The notes: a model not told the origin generated them from the letters alone. Counted from the stretch's first letter, positions 48,401 through 58,065 are shown. The stretch is DNA of 64,000 bases from Planctomycetota bacterium (GCA_965222115.1 CBDCTJ010000005.1:64001-128000), one strand, 5' to 3'. Numbers and translations are program-made.

Positions 48401-48999
48401 TGAGCCCCAAGGCCAAGCCCCGGGCATGGGTTGTCATGGCCCACTTCGATACTCCAGTCAAAGAAGGCGTGACCTACCCCGGTGCCGACGACAATGCGAG
48501 CGGTGTGGCGTGTGTCTTGGAACTTGCGCGCGCGCTCAAGGCCTACGATGCGTTTTATAACGACAAGGATGCGATCAATGTATCGCATGTGATCTTCGCC
48601 TTTCCCGACGGGGAAGAACGCGGGCTGCTTGGATCGCGGCACCTGGTGAAACACCTAACCGGACGCTTTCAAATTCAAGGCGTGATCAACGTAGACAGCG
48701 TGGGCCGCGCCACCAGCAAGTCGGTGCATGTCATTGGCGCGAGTGTCCACAAAGACCTCGGGCAACGCCTATCCACGGCACTCGAAGGTGCTTCGCTCAA
48801 GCTGGGTAAGAACATCGACCGCTTCGCGTTTCCTCACGGCAGCGACCACTGGCCATTTCATGAGGCCGGCATTCCCGCTGTCAGCCTGTGGGCTTCGGAC
48901 TACCGAATCATGAACACGGCTGCGGACACACCCGAGAAGGTTGAGCCGGATGGCATTGCAAAGATCGTTGACGCGCTGCTGAAGGTGCTCAATCAGTAG
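45415..48999 (+). CDS. Secreted M1-type (gluzincin) aminopeptidase fused to an M28 peptidase domain
   Basis: Signal peptide; GYGMPSYTLLG, HEYVH...NWCE, GYGKGSM (M1); AHFD, GADDNASG, GEERGLLGS, NVDSVG, SDHWPF (M28). Confidence 0.85.
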   Translation: MKPIQIPIATFGVLILLTGSFYPQAVRAKEPATQTRVTAHRVSARFDPPRHRIIASDTLTLASSPAAMRVALDLAPTLKLRKVTLGESDAPLPAREKDGQFTIDIPAGTTSITLSYDGEIFDAVKREDDLAWVVGDDTKGVISEEGVYLSGASRWIPRLVDQRVPTTFELETWIPAPFLVVTQGGVPKRSEIKSDSFDDAGNELVPTPAKDKASATAATWHHAIHPAGIPTDSVALSAGDYEVNHRDVEGVRLATYFFRRKGSGGAKRNGNSKSAGNSGYSSLWLDSAAETVKRYTPILGKYPHRKFDIVENFFQSGYGMPSYTLLGNRVIAYVSMKARRSGGKIPPGYLDHEYVHGWFGNGLLVDYASGNWCEAFTTYYSNYLAQELESTEKARDYRRAVLEKYTLRINPEKDYPIRNFVTKTEDFDNDIGYGKGSMFVHQLRRHLDLEGEGTFFKRMRAFTQSRMGTVVRWPDLLEALLGNDQDAFLPYLDRSGLPQYRIRGSRATKKDSGWQLVVDIEQVRREGEITWPGTIDVQITGKDAGGKTQQETRTVTMKAGHAHVSWDMKLKPTHVTLDPDAHALRSISKHELPACLNATLESPGDGMVVVRGPDQLFGRLAQRFAEQKGFRVVKGDFDVEHHRGPVVTFSIQPGADQVAGVRLREPHQSILFSTRTVDGHPRTHYVATSPSAAARVGYAPFYGWDTRIVFERGRPIDRSVARTPSSDTHQRLTSRAETIRDDIRALAAMPRGAPWPPQEKDAKQPLPNRDDVYTFINRQLALPSPLPAIDDNGQDPHAFRVSVPWIANATLSYKSDANAGQLIGDPSVCRPLSFSAEAGRGSFDPVGEAKGSVHLVSLETTSIDALYKSAVERERAGAKAVVFVLGSNAWNAVRPWLDSVSKLTSESEAELAKPGRSGKPRPRPDIGSWILGKRARSKRVDGAPLSLKALKIPVVAIKASAMPNEQSSTINLSVRMQREALALRNIVGVWARKGPVSPKAKPRAWVVMAHFDTPVKEGVTYPGADDNASGVACVLELARALKAYDAFYNDKDAINVSHVIFAFPDGEERGLLGSRHLVKHLTGRFQIQGVINVDSVGRATSKSVHVIGASVHKDLGQRLSTALEGASLKLGKNIDRFAFPHGSDHWPFHEAGIPAVSLWASDYRIMNTAADTPEKVEPDGIAKIVDALLKVLNQ

Positions 49000-49075
49000 C
49001 AGCGTGCATCTAGCCGTCGGCGGCGAGGCGGTTGGTATAGTCACCCCTGCCAGCAAGCGGTTTACGGAGTGGTCC

Positions 49076-50188
49076 ATGTCGATTGTCAAACCCCGGCGCA
49101 AGACGCGCAGTGTGCGTGTGGGCTCACTGCAGATGGGCTCCGAGCACCCGATCGTGGTGCAGACCATGACCAAGGGCGACACGGCCGACGTCCACGCCAC
49201 GTTTGACGAGATCATTGGGCTGGAAGCCACGGGCTGTGAAATGGTGCGCGTAAGCGTGCCGAGCATGAAACAGGCCCAGGCCCTCGGCGAAATCAAGAAA
49301 ATGATCAGCATCCCGCTGGTGGCCGACATTCATTTCAGTGCACCGCTTGCACTGGAGGCCATTCGCCAGGGCGTGGACAAGGTGCGCATCAATCCAGGCA
49401 ATATTGGCCGGCCCGACGAAGTGGAAAACGTTGTACGCGCCGCCAAGGAACGCGGCGTGGCGATGCGTATCGGCGTGAACTCGGGGTCGATCCGCGATCG
49501 CAAGGGGCTCAGTGTTGTTCAGAGCGAAGACGATTTGATTGAACTCAGCATCCGTGAAGCCCTGCGCCATATCGAGATCCTAGAAGCGCTCGATTTCTAT
49601 GACACGGTCATATCCATCAAGGCACACACGGTGGGCTTAACGGTGGAAGCCAATCGACGACTTGCCGAAGTGTGTGACTATCCGATTCACTTGGGCGTCA
49701 CGCATGCGGGCAGTTTGTTGCCCGCCACCGTGAAGTCGAGTGCAGCACTTGGCATGCTTTTGGCCGACGGCATTGGCGACACGATTCGCCTGTCGATCAC
49801 GGGCGACAATCGCGATGAGGTCAAGGTTGGACACATGTTGTTGCAGAGCCTGGGCTTACGCGAAAAGACGTTCGATCTCTATGCCTGCCCTAGCTGCGGT
49901 CGCGCCGAAGTCGATCTCATTGGGCTCACCGAGAAGGTGGAAGAAGCCACCAAGGGTCTTACTTATCCCTGTCGCGTTGCGGTCATGGGCTGCATAGTAA
50001 ATGGTCCGGGTGAAGCGGCAGATGCCGACGTGTCGGTGAGCGCGGGTCGTGGCTTTGGCTTTATCTACCGCGGCGCCACTATGATTCGCAAAGTCGACGA
50101 GAAGGATCTCGTCAATGAACTCCGCGCCGAAATCGATCGCTGGATCGCCGAACACAAAGCCGGCGAGGCAGTAAGCGGAGGCGTATGA
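49076..50188 (+). CDS. ispG: 4-hydroxy-3-methylbut-2-en-1-yl diphosphate synthase (flavodoxin)
   Basis: PLVADIHF, RINPGNIG, RIGVNSGS, GIGDTIRLS, CPSCGR, MGCIVNGPGE. Confidence 0.96.
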   Translation: MSIVKPRRKTRSVRVGSLQMGSEHPIVVQTMTKGDTADVHATFDEIIGLEATGCEMVRVSVPSMKQAQALGEIKKMISIPLVADIHFSAPLALEAIRQGVDKVRINPGNIGRPDEVENVVRAAKERGVAMRIGVNSGSIRDRKGLSVVQSEDDLIELSIREALRHIEILEALDFYDTVISIKAHTVGLTVEANRRLAEVCDYPIHLGVTHAGSLLPATVKSSAALGMLLADGIGDTIRLSITGDNRDEVKVGHMLLQSLGLREKTFDLYACPSCGRAEVDLIGLTEKVEEATKGLTYPCRVAVMGCIVNGPGEAADADVSVSAGRGFGFIYRGATMIRKVDEKDLVNELRAEIDRWIAEHKAGEAVSGGV

Positions 50189-51156
50189 CCGCCCATTGGG
50201 ATCAAGCCGCACGCGAACTTCGTCGCGATCTCGCCCGCGCACTCCCCACCGACGTCATGCGCGATCTCCATCGTTTGCGCCCGTGGCGGCACGCGCTCGT
50301 TGTTCTCCGGCAACTGCTCATGCTCGTCGCGGCGGTGATTGTGATTCTCAAATGGGGGGACCGCGCCTACGCGTGGATTCCTGCAAGTTTCGTAATCGGC
50401 TTCTGGGTGTTCAACGGCACGATCTTGCTTCACGAAGTGATCCATCGGCTCGTGTCACTGCGTACGCCCAAACCACTTTTGCGTTTTCTTGCTCTGTTCT
50501 ACGCCGTGCCCAGCGGACTTTCCGCCACGCAGTTTGAACGTTGGCATCTCGACCATCACGACAACCTTGGCACAGTTGATCGCGACCCCAAGCGCGCACA
50601 CCTCTCACCGAAGCGCACGAGTCGCTTGCTGAAATTCGCCTATTTCACGCCTTTGCTTTTCCCGATCTACTTTCGCGCTGCAGCAAAGGCAACGGCCGAT
50701 TACAACGAAGCCACGCGGCGCCGCATTCGATTCGAGCGCGTGCTCACTACATTGTTTCATGCTTCCGTTTTGGCAGCGCTATGGATTGGTCTGGGGTTTG
50801 ACGCTGCACTCAAACTCTACGTCGTGCCCGTGTTTTTCGTGTTTCCCATCGCCTTTGCCATTAACCGACTCGGACAGCACTACGACATTCGAAGCGACGA
50901 TCCAGCGACGTGGTCCACGTGGATGCGCTCGAGCCCGTTGTTCTGGGACGTCATCTACCTGTGGTCCAATTACCACTTAGAGCATCACTATTTTCCACGG
51001 GTTCCGTTTTACAATCTGAGACGACTGCACGTGGCGCTCACGCCGTTTCTTGAAGGGAAGGGCGTTCGCAAACGCAGCTATAGCGGCCTGCTTGCCGACT
51101 GGCTAATCGGCAACAAGACGCCCCACACCGACTGGCGAGCGGAGGCTTCAACGTGA
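50185..51156 (+). CDS. Membrane fatty acid desaturase family protein
   Basis: His boxes HEVIH, HLDHH, QH, NYHLEHH; TM segments. Confidence 0.88.
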   Translation: MTAHWDQAARELRRDLARALPTDVMRDLHRLRPWRHALVVLRQLLMLVAAVIVILKWGDRAYAWIPASFVIGFWVFNGTILLHEVIHRLVSLRTPKPLLRFLALFYAVPSGLSATQFERWHLDHHDNLGTVDRDPKRAHLSPKRTSRLLKFAYFTPLLFPIYFRAAAKATADYNEATRRRIRFERVLTTLFHASVLAALWIGLGFDAALKLYVVPVFFVFPIAFAINRLGQHYDIRSDDPATWSTWMRSSPLFWDVIYLWSNYHLEHHYFPRVPFYNLRRLHVALTPFLEGKGVRKRSYSGLLADWLIGNKTPHTDWRAEAST

Positions 51157-51419
51157 CGTCCGACGTAGAGACAATTCCCCTAACCGTGCGCTTCTTCGCT
51201 GCCGCACGCGAAGCGACAGGGGCACAAAAAATCGAAATGAAATTTCCAGTCGGTTCCACACTTGCCGACCTCGTACGCGAGCTTTACACCCGCCACCCCG
51301 CGCTACAGAAAATCGAGCCCTCCCTTCGGTTCGCCATAGACGAGGCCTTTGCCTCCACCGACACTCCCCTCACCTCGGGAGCACAGGTAGCCGTCATTCC
51401 CCCAGTTGGCGGCGGGTAG
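51153..51419 (+). CDS. moaD: Molybdopterin synthase sulfur carrier subunit
   Basis: VRFFAAAREATG...VAVIPPVGGG with C-terminal GG. Confidence 0.9.
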   Translation: MTSDVETIPLTVRFFAAAREATGAQKIEMKFPVGSTLADLVRELYTRHPALQKIEPSLRFAIDEAFASTDTPLTSGAQVAVIPPVGGG

Positions 51420-51452
51420 GCCTTCTGCGTTCCTCCCGACGGAGGGCAGTTC

Positions 51453-51914
51453 GTGTTCCATATCACCACCGAAGCGATCGACGCCGATGTGCTGCGCCAA
51501 GCGGTGGAGCATCCGGGGTGCGGCGCGGTGATCGTGTTTCATGGCACCGTTCGCAATCGCACCGGTGAACGCTCGGTGCGCTTTCTTGAATACGAGGCCT
51601 ACGACAGCATGGCCGTCAAAGCGATGACGGCCATCGCCGATGATCTCACGTCTTCGCTCCACGTTGAAGCCATCGCATGTACCCATCGCGTGGGGCGCGT
51701 GGAAATTGGCGAAGACGCAATGGTCCTGGCCGTCGCAAGTCCCCACCGTGCCGCGGCACTAGAAGCCGTTGGCACGTTCATCGCGCGTCTCAAACAAGAG
51801 GTTCCCATTTGGAAGAAGGAACACTTCGATGGCGGCGACGTGTGGGTAGGAACCCCAGAAGACCCCCAAGGCACGAATCTCGTCGGTGATGGGCGACTGG
51901 GGATCAACGCGTGA
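51453..51914 (+). CDS. moaE: Molybdopterin synthase catalytic subunit
   Basis: GAVIVFHGTVRN, LEYEAY, HRVG, SPHR, LKQEVPIWKKEHF. Confidence 0.93.
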   Translation: MFHITTEAIDADVLRQAVEHPGCGAVIVFHGTVRNRTGERSVRFLEYEAYDSMAVKAMTAIADDLTSSLHVEAIACTHRVGRVEIGEDAMVLAVASPHRAAALEAVGTFIARLKQEVPIWKKEHFDGGDVWVGTPEDPQGTNLVGDGRLGINA

Positions 51915-52762
51915 CGCGCCCCATCATGTTGGCGATTTCCGATGCAACGGGCGAAACGGCGGAACAGTCGTGTCGCGCTGCGCTAGCACAGTTTGGTCAC
52001 TTTGAAGATGCGCGCATCCGCATGTTGCCCCACATTCTGAATGAACGCGCCCTCGAACGCGCTGTGTTGGAGGCCAAGACCGAGAAAGCACTCTTGGTCT
52101 ATACGCTGGTGGGCCCCGAGCTTCGGGCGCGCGTCAAAGACTTGGTGGAAGAACACGATGTGGGCTCGGTGGACTTATTGGGTCCTTTGGTATCGCGCTT
52201 GGGGAAACACCTCGGCCAGCGACCCCTCGCCGTACCCGGTCTTGGCCACGAACTCGATGAGGACTACTTCCGCCGCATTGATGCGATTGAATTTGCGGTG
52301 AGCAATGACGACGGTCGAAGACCCGACAACTTGAAGAAGGCCGAGCTGGTCATCGTCGGCATTAGTCGCACGTCGAAGACGCCGCTGTCCAACTACATCG
52401 CGCATCGTGGGTATCGCGTGGCCAATGTGCCGATTGTGCTCGACATGCCCCCACCACCGCAGTTGGACACGCTCGACCCCCAGCGTGTATTCGGACTCAC
52501 CATCGATCCCGTGACCCTCATGAAGATTCGCCAGGCACGCATGGCGGCGCTCAAGATGGAGTCCAACAGCGACTACGGCGACCTGCGGCAAATCCGTCGA
52601 GAGATTGCCTTCGCACGCAAGTTATTTGATCGGCATCCTGGATGGACCGTGATTGAAGTGTCGCGCAAGGCCATCGAAGAAACGGCTTCACTCATCCTAG
52701 AAACCTATCGTCATCGGTTCGAAGGTGCCTCGGCACCCGCGGCATCGAGCGAGGAACGATAG
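51911..52762 (+). CDS. ppsR: PEP synthase / pyruvate phosphate dikinase regulatory kinase-pyrophosphorylase (DUF299)
   Basis: ISDATGETAE, YFRRIDAIEFAVSNDDG, GISRTSKTPLS, ANVP, KAIEETA. Confidence 0.92.
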   Translation: MTRPIMLAISDATGETAEQSCRAALAQFGHFEDARIRMLPHILNERALERAVLEAKTEKALLVYTLVGPELRARVKDLVEEHDVGSVDLLGPLVSRLGKHLGQRPLAVPGLGHELDEDYFRRIDAIEFAVSNDDGRRPDNLKKAELVIVGISRTSKTPLSNYIAHRGYRVANVPIVLDMPPPPQLDTLDPQRVFGLTIDPVTLMKIRQARMAALKMESNSDYGDLRQIRREIAFARKLFDRHPGWTVIEVSRKAIEETASLILETYRHRFEGASAPAASSEER

Positions 52763-52765
52763 TCC

Positions 52766-53716
52766 ATGGCTGTCATTTCTACTCAAGGACTGACCAAGCA
52801 ATACGGGAACAACCCCCCTGCGCTGAAGAACGTCACCATCGATATTCCGGATGGCGTCACGGGACTGCTCGGCCCTAACGGTGCCGGCAAATCGACACTG
52901 CTTCAGTGTGTGCTGGGCCTCTTACCCGACTTTCGAGGCGACGCCACGGTCTTGGGCAAAAACACCCGTAAGGAACGCCGTGCGCTTCGACGCAATGTAG
53001 GCTTCATGCCCGAAACCGACACCTACATCGCCGGCATGACCGGCATTCGCGCCGTGCGCTACTTAGGACAACTGGGTGGCATGCCCTACACGGAAGCGTT
53101 GCGCCGCGCACACGAAGTGTTGTTTCATGTGGGCTTGGGTGAGGCCATCTATCGGAAGGTAACGGAATACAGCACGGGCATGCGTCAGCGCTTCAAGCTC
53201 GCCCAGGCTTTGGTGCACGATCCGGATCTCCTGTTGCTCGATGAACCGCTATCGGGCTTGGATCCCAAGGGACGCGTCGAAGTTCTCAACCTCATTACCG
53301 ATTTGGCCACCAACCACGGCAAACATGTGGTGTGGTCGTCGCACATTCTTCCCGATGTGCAGCGCGTAGCCGAACATGTCGTGATCCTGCATCATGGGGA
53401 GTACCACGGTACCCATCGCCTGGACGCGCTCGCCTCCACGCAGGGCCAATACGCGCTTGATGTAGAAGGCGACACGGAGGCACTCGGCGTGTTCCTTGGG
53501 GACCGCTCGGTTACGTTTGACGTCGCGCCTTCCGAAGACGTCGTGCCCGGCGGACGCGTCACGTGGACCGTGTCACTTCCCGATGGCGTGGGCCCGGCGG
53601 CGCTGCTTTCGGCCGCAGCGGAAACAGGTGCGCGCGTTCGGCGGTTGACGCCCGTGCGCGAGAGCTTGGAAGATGTCTTTTTACGCGTCCTCGACGGACC
53701 CACGGAGGCCGCGTGA
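52766..53716 (+). CDS. ABC transporter ATP-binding protein
   Basis: GPNGAGKS, YSTGMRQR, LLLLDEP, SSHIL. Confidence 0.93.
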   Translation: MAVISTQGLTKQYGNNPPALKNVTIDIPDGVTGLLGPNGAGKSTLLQCVLGLLPDFRGDATVLGKNTRKERRALRRNVGFMPETDTYIAGMTGIRAVRYLGQLGGMPYTEALRRAHEVLFHVGLGEAIYRKVTEYSTGMRQRFKLAQALVHDPDLLLLDEPLSGLDPKGRVEVLNLITDLATNHGKHVVWSSHILPDVQRVAEHVVILHHGEYHGTHRLDALASTQGQYALDVEGDTEALGVFLGDRSVTFDVAPSEDVVPGGRVTWTVSLPDGVGPAALLSAAAETGARVRRLTPVRESLEDVFLRVLDGPTEAA

Positions 53717-54663
53717 CTGTCTATACCCGTGGCTATCGCCCGTACGAGGGCACCTTCGGTGGTGCCCCCGCCTTCTGGGTCATTACGCGCGAAGGGTTGC
53801 GCGCTGCGTGGGAGCGCCGCGGCGTTCGCATGCTCGGTATCTTCTTCTTGCTGTGGTTCATCATTGGCTCCGTCGCGCTGTACATGACCATCAACATGTC
53901 GGAGATGATGGGTCGCAGCACAGACCTAAAAAAAATGATTTCGCCGGAGTTGTCACGAACCGCCCTCTGCACTGCGTATCAGTTCTTCTACAGTGGAATC
54001 GCCGTGTTGGGAGCGCTAGTGGCTGTCATGGTCGGCACGGGGCTCATTTCCGACGACTTGCGTCACAAGTCACTTTCGCTTTACCTCGTGCGCCCCATTC
54101 GTCCGATCGACTACGCAATCGGTAAGGCTGCGATCATTCCCGTCGTGTTCCTTTTTCTGAGCGTACTTCCCGGCATCTCGTACTACTTGCTTGTCACCGT
54201 GTGGCAGGAGCCTGGAGAGAGCGCAAACTTTTTCAACGGCAATACAGATCTGTTGTGGCTCGTCCTTAAGCACTACATCATCGCGGCTACGAGTTACACG
54301 GGACTCATGCTTATTGCTTCGTCGCGCACCGCGCGCCGCGGAGCGGTTGTGGGGTTGAGCGCGGTCATTCTCTTTGGCGGAACCATGCTCGGGATCGTGG
54401 GCGCGGCTTTGAAAGGACCCATCGGAAGCGCATTTCGGCACATGGGACTCCCCGAAAACGCAGCGGCGCCGCTCATCATTGCCAACCTCGAGCAGACGAT
54501 GAAGAACCCCCAACGGATGCGCTTTCGCAGCAATCGACACTTTCAACGCATCATCGACTCCTTGCCGAGCACGGAGACGTCACTGATCATCGGCTGTGCG
54601 CTCTTTGCGCTCGGTCTATACCTCGTGTATCGACGCGCGCGTTCTGCGGAGGTCGTTTCGTGA
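53713..54663 (+). CDS. ABC-2 type transporter permease
   Basis: GTGA overlap start; GLISDDLRHKSLSLYLVRPIRPIDYAIGK; about 6 TMs. Confidence 0.85.
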   Translation: MTVYTRGYRPYEGTFGGAPAFWVITREGLRAAWERRGVRMLGIFFLLWFIIGSVALYMTINMSEMMGRSTDLKKMISPELSRTALCTAYQFFYSGIAVLGALVAVMVGTGLISDDLRHKSLSLYLVRPIRPIDYAIGKAAIIPVVFLFLSVLPGISYYLLVTVWQEPGESANFFNGNTDLLWLVLKHYIIAATSYTGLMLIASSRTARRGAVVGLSAVILFGGTMLGIVGAALKGPIGSAFRHMGLPENAAAPLIIANLEQTMKNPQRMRFRSNRHFQRIIDSLPSTETSLIIGCALFALGLYLVYRRARSAEVVS

Positions 54664-55580
54664 GCGCTCCGCGTATTGAACTAAAGTCCGTCAGCAAATG
54701 GTACGGCGAGGTGATGGGCCTCAACGAAGTCACGACCGAGTTCGGGCCCGGCGTGAGCGGACTTCTTGGACCCAACGGCGCCGGCAAAAGCACCATGCTC
54801 AAAGTCATTTGCGGCATGCTCAAGCCCGATTTGGGCACGGTGCGCGTAAACGGTCGGCGCGTGTTCAATCGCACGGGCGTCATGCGAAGCATTGGCCTTT
54901 GCCCGGAACAAGATGCGGTCTATCCACGCGCGTCGGCATTGCTCGTAACGACATATCTCACCAAGCTTCAAGGATTCGGTGCCAAGGAAGCCAAAGCGCG
55001 GGCGAAACGCGGCCTTGAGCGCGCGGGGCTGAGTGACGCCATGCACCGAAGCGCTACGGGGTTTAGCAAAGGCATGCGGCAACGGTTCAAATTGGCTCAA
55101 GCATTGGCTCACGACCCCTCCGTCGTGATCCTTGACGAACCGCTCAATGGGCTCGATCCGCCGGGGCGACGTCAGTTTTCCGATGTGATTGCAGAGCTAG
55201 GCGACGAGGGCAAATGCGTGCTCGTAAGCAGCCACATTCTTCATGAAGTGGAATCGCTCGCCCGTCGATTGTTGGTCGTCTACTCCGGGCGCGTATTGGC
55301 GGAGGGAACCGCGCGCGAACTGCGCGAGGAGATGTCTGAATTCCCGCTCACCATTGAAATTCGAACCCGCACTGCGCACGCGATTGCCACGGCGCTCATT
55401 GCCGTCGATGGCGTGCGACGCATCGAACACACCCCCGATGGATTGGAGATACGAACCGAATCACCGCGGCACTTCTTCGACGCGCTCGGCGAACTCGCAT
55501 CCGACCCTGAGATCGACGTACAGGCCGTGATTCCCACCGACGAAGATTTAGAGAGTGTCTTCCGCTACTTGACCCAGTAG
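54660..55580 (+). CDS. ABC transporter ATP-binding protein
   Basis: GPNGAGKS, FSKGMRQR, VILDEP, SSHILHE. Confidence 0.93.
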   Translation: MSAPRIELKSVSKWYGEVMGLNEVTTEFGPGVSGLLGPNGAGKSTMLKVICGMLKPDLGTVRVNGRRVFNRTGVMRSIGLCPEQDAVYPRASALLVTTYLTKLQGFGAKEAKARAKRGLERAGLSDAMHRSATGFSKGMRQRFKLAQALAHDPSVVILDEPLNGLDPPGRRQFSDVIAELGDEGKCVLVSSHILHEVESLARRLLVVYSGRVLAEGTARELREEMSEFPLTIEIRTRTAHAIATALIAVDGVRRIEHTPDGLEIRTESPRHFFDALGELASDPEIDVQAVIPTDEDLESVFRYLTQ

Positions 55581-55591
55581 GTACGCACCGA

Positions 55592-56557
55592 ATGATCGAA
55601 TCAAGTACTCCACTACCAACGACCCCACCGCCCGCAAGCGGATCGTCGCCTTCAAGTAGCTCGACGAGCACCTCGCCAACCATGCTGGGGCCCGGATTCG
55701 GTCGCGGATTCGTAGACTCGTTCGTATGGGGCGTACGGCAATCGCTTCTCAGTAAGCGCTTCTTGATCGCCATGGGCATTGCAGCGATTGGTGGCTATCT
55801 GCTTGGTTCGGAAGGCGTTGGCACGCAGCGCCGCGCGTGGATGCCACCACCCGACGCGGTACACGACGTGTGGAAGCTGCTCGACAATCCCATACTTCCC
55901 TACGTGCTGCCAATCGTGGCGATGTTCGTTGTCGCGGGCGGGTTCTCCAAAGAAGTCGGCCAACGCACGCTTGTCTATCACCTCGTGCGCCCCATATCGC
56001 GGTCCACGCTATTTGTATCTCGTTATCTATCCGGCGTAATTCCTGCGATCGCTATCTCGCTGGTGCTCTTAATCGTATTCAGCCTCACGAGCGGCGTGTC
56101 GTTGCCTGGGTCTTACTGGGTATCACTACCCGTGACCGCAGCGTTCGGCACGATCGCTATTGGCGCGGTGTATTACACGCTCGCTGCGCTCATGCGTTCT
56201 GGAACAATTCTCGGGCTGGTCTACACCTTTGCCTTCGATCCTCTGTTTGCCAGCTCCAAGGGTTCGATGCAGAAGTTTTCCGTGATGTATCACGTGCGTT
56301 CGCTGCATCACCAAATGACCGACGAATTCTTCATTGAGAACTCCGCGCGGGTACGCAATGAGTTGACCAACACGCTTGAAAAGCTCATTGAAAAGGCCGC
56401 GGGTGTAACCGACCCCGGCCAGTTGCTCTCAATCAGCGAGACCATCGCGTGGTCGTCGAAGAGCAGCGCCGTCACCACGCTCACACTCATTGCGGTCGTG
56501 GCGCTCGCCATTGGCTGCTTCCGCATCGCCCGACGCGACTTCCCGCTCAAGGACTGA
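55592..56557 (+). CDS. ABC-2 type transporter permease
   Basis: EVGQRTLVYHLVRPISR motif; multiple TMs. Confidence 0.85.
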   Translation: MIESSTPLPTTPPPASGSSPSSSSTSTSPTMLGPGFGRGFVDSFVWGVRQSLLSKRFLIAMGIAAIGGYLLGSEGVGTQRRAWMPPPDAVHDVWKLLDNPILPYVLPIVAMFVVAGGFSKEVGQRTLVYHLVRPISRSTLFVSRYLSGVIPAIAISLVLLIVFSLTSGVSLPGSYWVSLPVTAAFGTIAIGAVYYTLAALMRSGTILGLVYTFAFDPLFASSKGSMQKFSVMYHVRSLHHQMTDEFFIENSARVRNELTNTLEKLIEKAAGVTDPGQLLSISETIAWSSKSSAVTTLTLIAVVALAIGCFRIARRDFPLKD

Positions 56558-56581
56558 TCCGACTCGGTGTACTGTGATCGG

Positions 56582-57271
56582 ATGATTGGCGTCGTGATCA
56601 CAGCCGCGGGTGCATCAAGTCGTTTCGGCGGCTCGTTGCCCAAAGTGTTTGCCCCGCTTGCGGGTCGCCGCGTGATCGATTGGACGCTGGCCGCGTGGTC
56701 CGAGGCCCTGCTCGAAGAGCCCCATGAGCTGATCGTCACGCTTCCTCGCGTTCACCGAAGCGCCATGCCTGAGAGTGCCACCGTAGAAGGCGGTGATACG
56801 CGGCAAGCCAGTGTTCGACGCGGGTACGAGGCACTCTCAAAGGCGTGCGATGTTGTCCTTGTTCACGATGGAGCGCGCCCGCTCATTCGCGCCGAGACGA
56901 TCCGCGCCGCCGTCAAGGCGATTCGCATGCATGGCGCCGCGGCCGTAGTTACAAAGACCACCAACTCCTTGCATCGACTCCACGAATCGCTTGAGGGACC
57001 GCTGATTGAGCCGATTCCCCGGCAACAGGTTGTTGCTGCACAAACGCCGCAAGGCGCTCGTCGTTCTCTTCTGGACGTCGCGTGGAAGCATGCCGATGCG
57101 TCTGGAGAGGACTTTACTGATGAGGCGTCCGCGCTGCGCAGCGCGAACATAGACGTGTGGCCGGTGTATGGCATCAGCGATAACATCAAGATCACCACGC
57201 AGGCAGACTTGGTGGTCGCCGAAGCGCTGATGACGCTTCGCCTTGATGAAACACACGAGGCCCCGGCATGA
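56582..57271 (+). CDS. ispD: 2-C-methyl-D-erythritol 4-phosphate cytidylyltransferase
   Basis: AAGASSRFG..PK, GGDTRQASV, VLVHDGARP, QTPQ, TDEAS, NIKITT..DL. Confidence 0.92.
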   Translation: MIGVVITAAGASSRFGGSLPKVFAPLAGRRVIDWTLAAWSEALLEEPHELIVTLPRVHRSAMPESATVEGGDTRQASVRRGYEALSKACDVVLVHDGARPLIRAETIRAAVKAIRMHGAAAVVTKTTNSLHRLHESLEGPLIEPIPRQQVVAAQTPQGARRSLLDVAWKHADASGEDFTDEASALRSANIDVWPVYGISDNIKITTQADLVVAEALMTLRLDETHEAPA

Positions 57272-57852
57272 ACGGGCCTCGGCTACGCATCCTTGGCATT
57301 GACCCCGGAACCATTCAAGCAGGCTGGGGCGTGATCGATGTAAACGGGTCACGCCTCACCTGTGTGGGATGTGGCACGCTTACCGCGAAGCGCAGCGCGC
57401 CGGTGGCTGAACGACTGCTCGCACTCGTCTCCGAACTGCGCGTGGTGATTCGGGAAACGAACCCCACCGAGGCCGCCATCGAAGAGGCGTTCTACGGTCG
57501 CGATGTTCGATCGGCGCTGCGCATTGGAGAAGCGCGCGGCGCGTTGGTCACCGTCATGGGCGAGGCGGGTCTCTCCGTGCGAGGCTACACCAACAATGTG
57601 ATCAAGAAGGCGGTCACGGGCGTGGGGCGCGCGGGCAAGTCTCAGGTACACGCCATGGTCTCGCGCATGCTCAACTTGGAGACGGCGCCCGCCACGTCCG
57701 ACGCGTCTGACGCCTTAGCGATCGCCATCTGTCACAGCCATCGACGAAGCGCGCTTGGTGCCACGGACGCCCGCCAAAACGACGGCGGCACCCCACCACG
57801 CGTCCGCGCGGCCATTGAAGCGGCTCGCAAGGAGCGCCGCAATCGCTCGTAG
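57268..57852 (+). CDS. ruvC: Crossover junction endodeoxyribonuclease RuvC
   Basis: ILGIDPG, AIEEAF, GEARG, IKKAVTGVGRAGK, DASDALAIAICH. Confidence 0.95.
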   Translation: MNGPRLRILGIDPGTIQAGWGVIDVNGSRLTCVGCGTLTAKRSAPVAERLLALVSELRVVIRETNPTEAAIEEAFYGRDVRSALRIGEARGALVTVMGEAGLSVRGYTNNVIKKAVTGVGRAGKSQVHAMVSRMLNLETAPATSDASDALAIAICHSHRRSALGATDARQNDGGTPPRVRAAIEAARKERRNRS

Positions 57853-58065
57853 AGGGCCTACCTGAGCCGCTTTCAGGTTTCGGCAGGACGCGCTATCAGT
57901 TCGTCGTATCGTTGGGGCCAGTCGCCGGGGCGTGTTCGCCCCGCGCCTCGTCTTTCGGAGCATTGCCCTTCCATGCCACGCAAGCGCTATGGCGCTCGTA
58001 CTCATTCAACGCCTCGTGTTCAATCAACGCGTCGTATTCAGTCAACGCAGAGTGGTCGTCGCAGC

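Noticed and set aside
53928-53935. A8 homopolymer in ABC permease as a phase-variation tract
   Set aside because: Short, in frame (L-K-K-M) and in an ordinary transporter; no supporting evidence.
57268-57852. RuvC as a Cas12/TnpB-like nuclease
   Set aside because: Size and motifs match the stand-alone Holliday junction resolvase in a housekeeping context.
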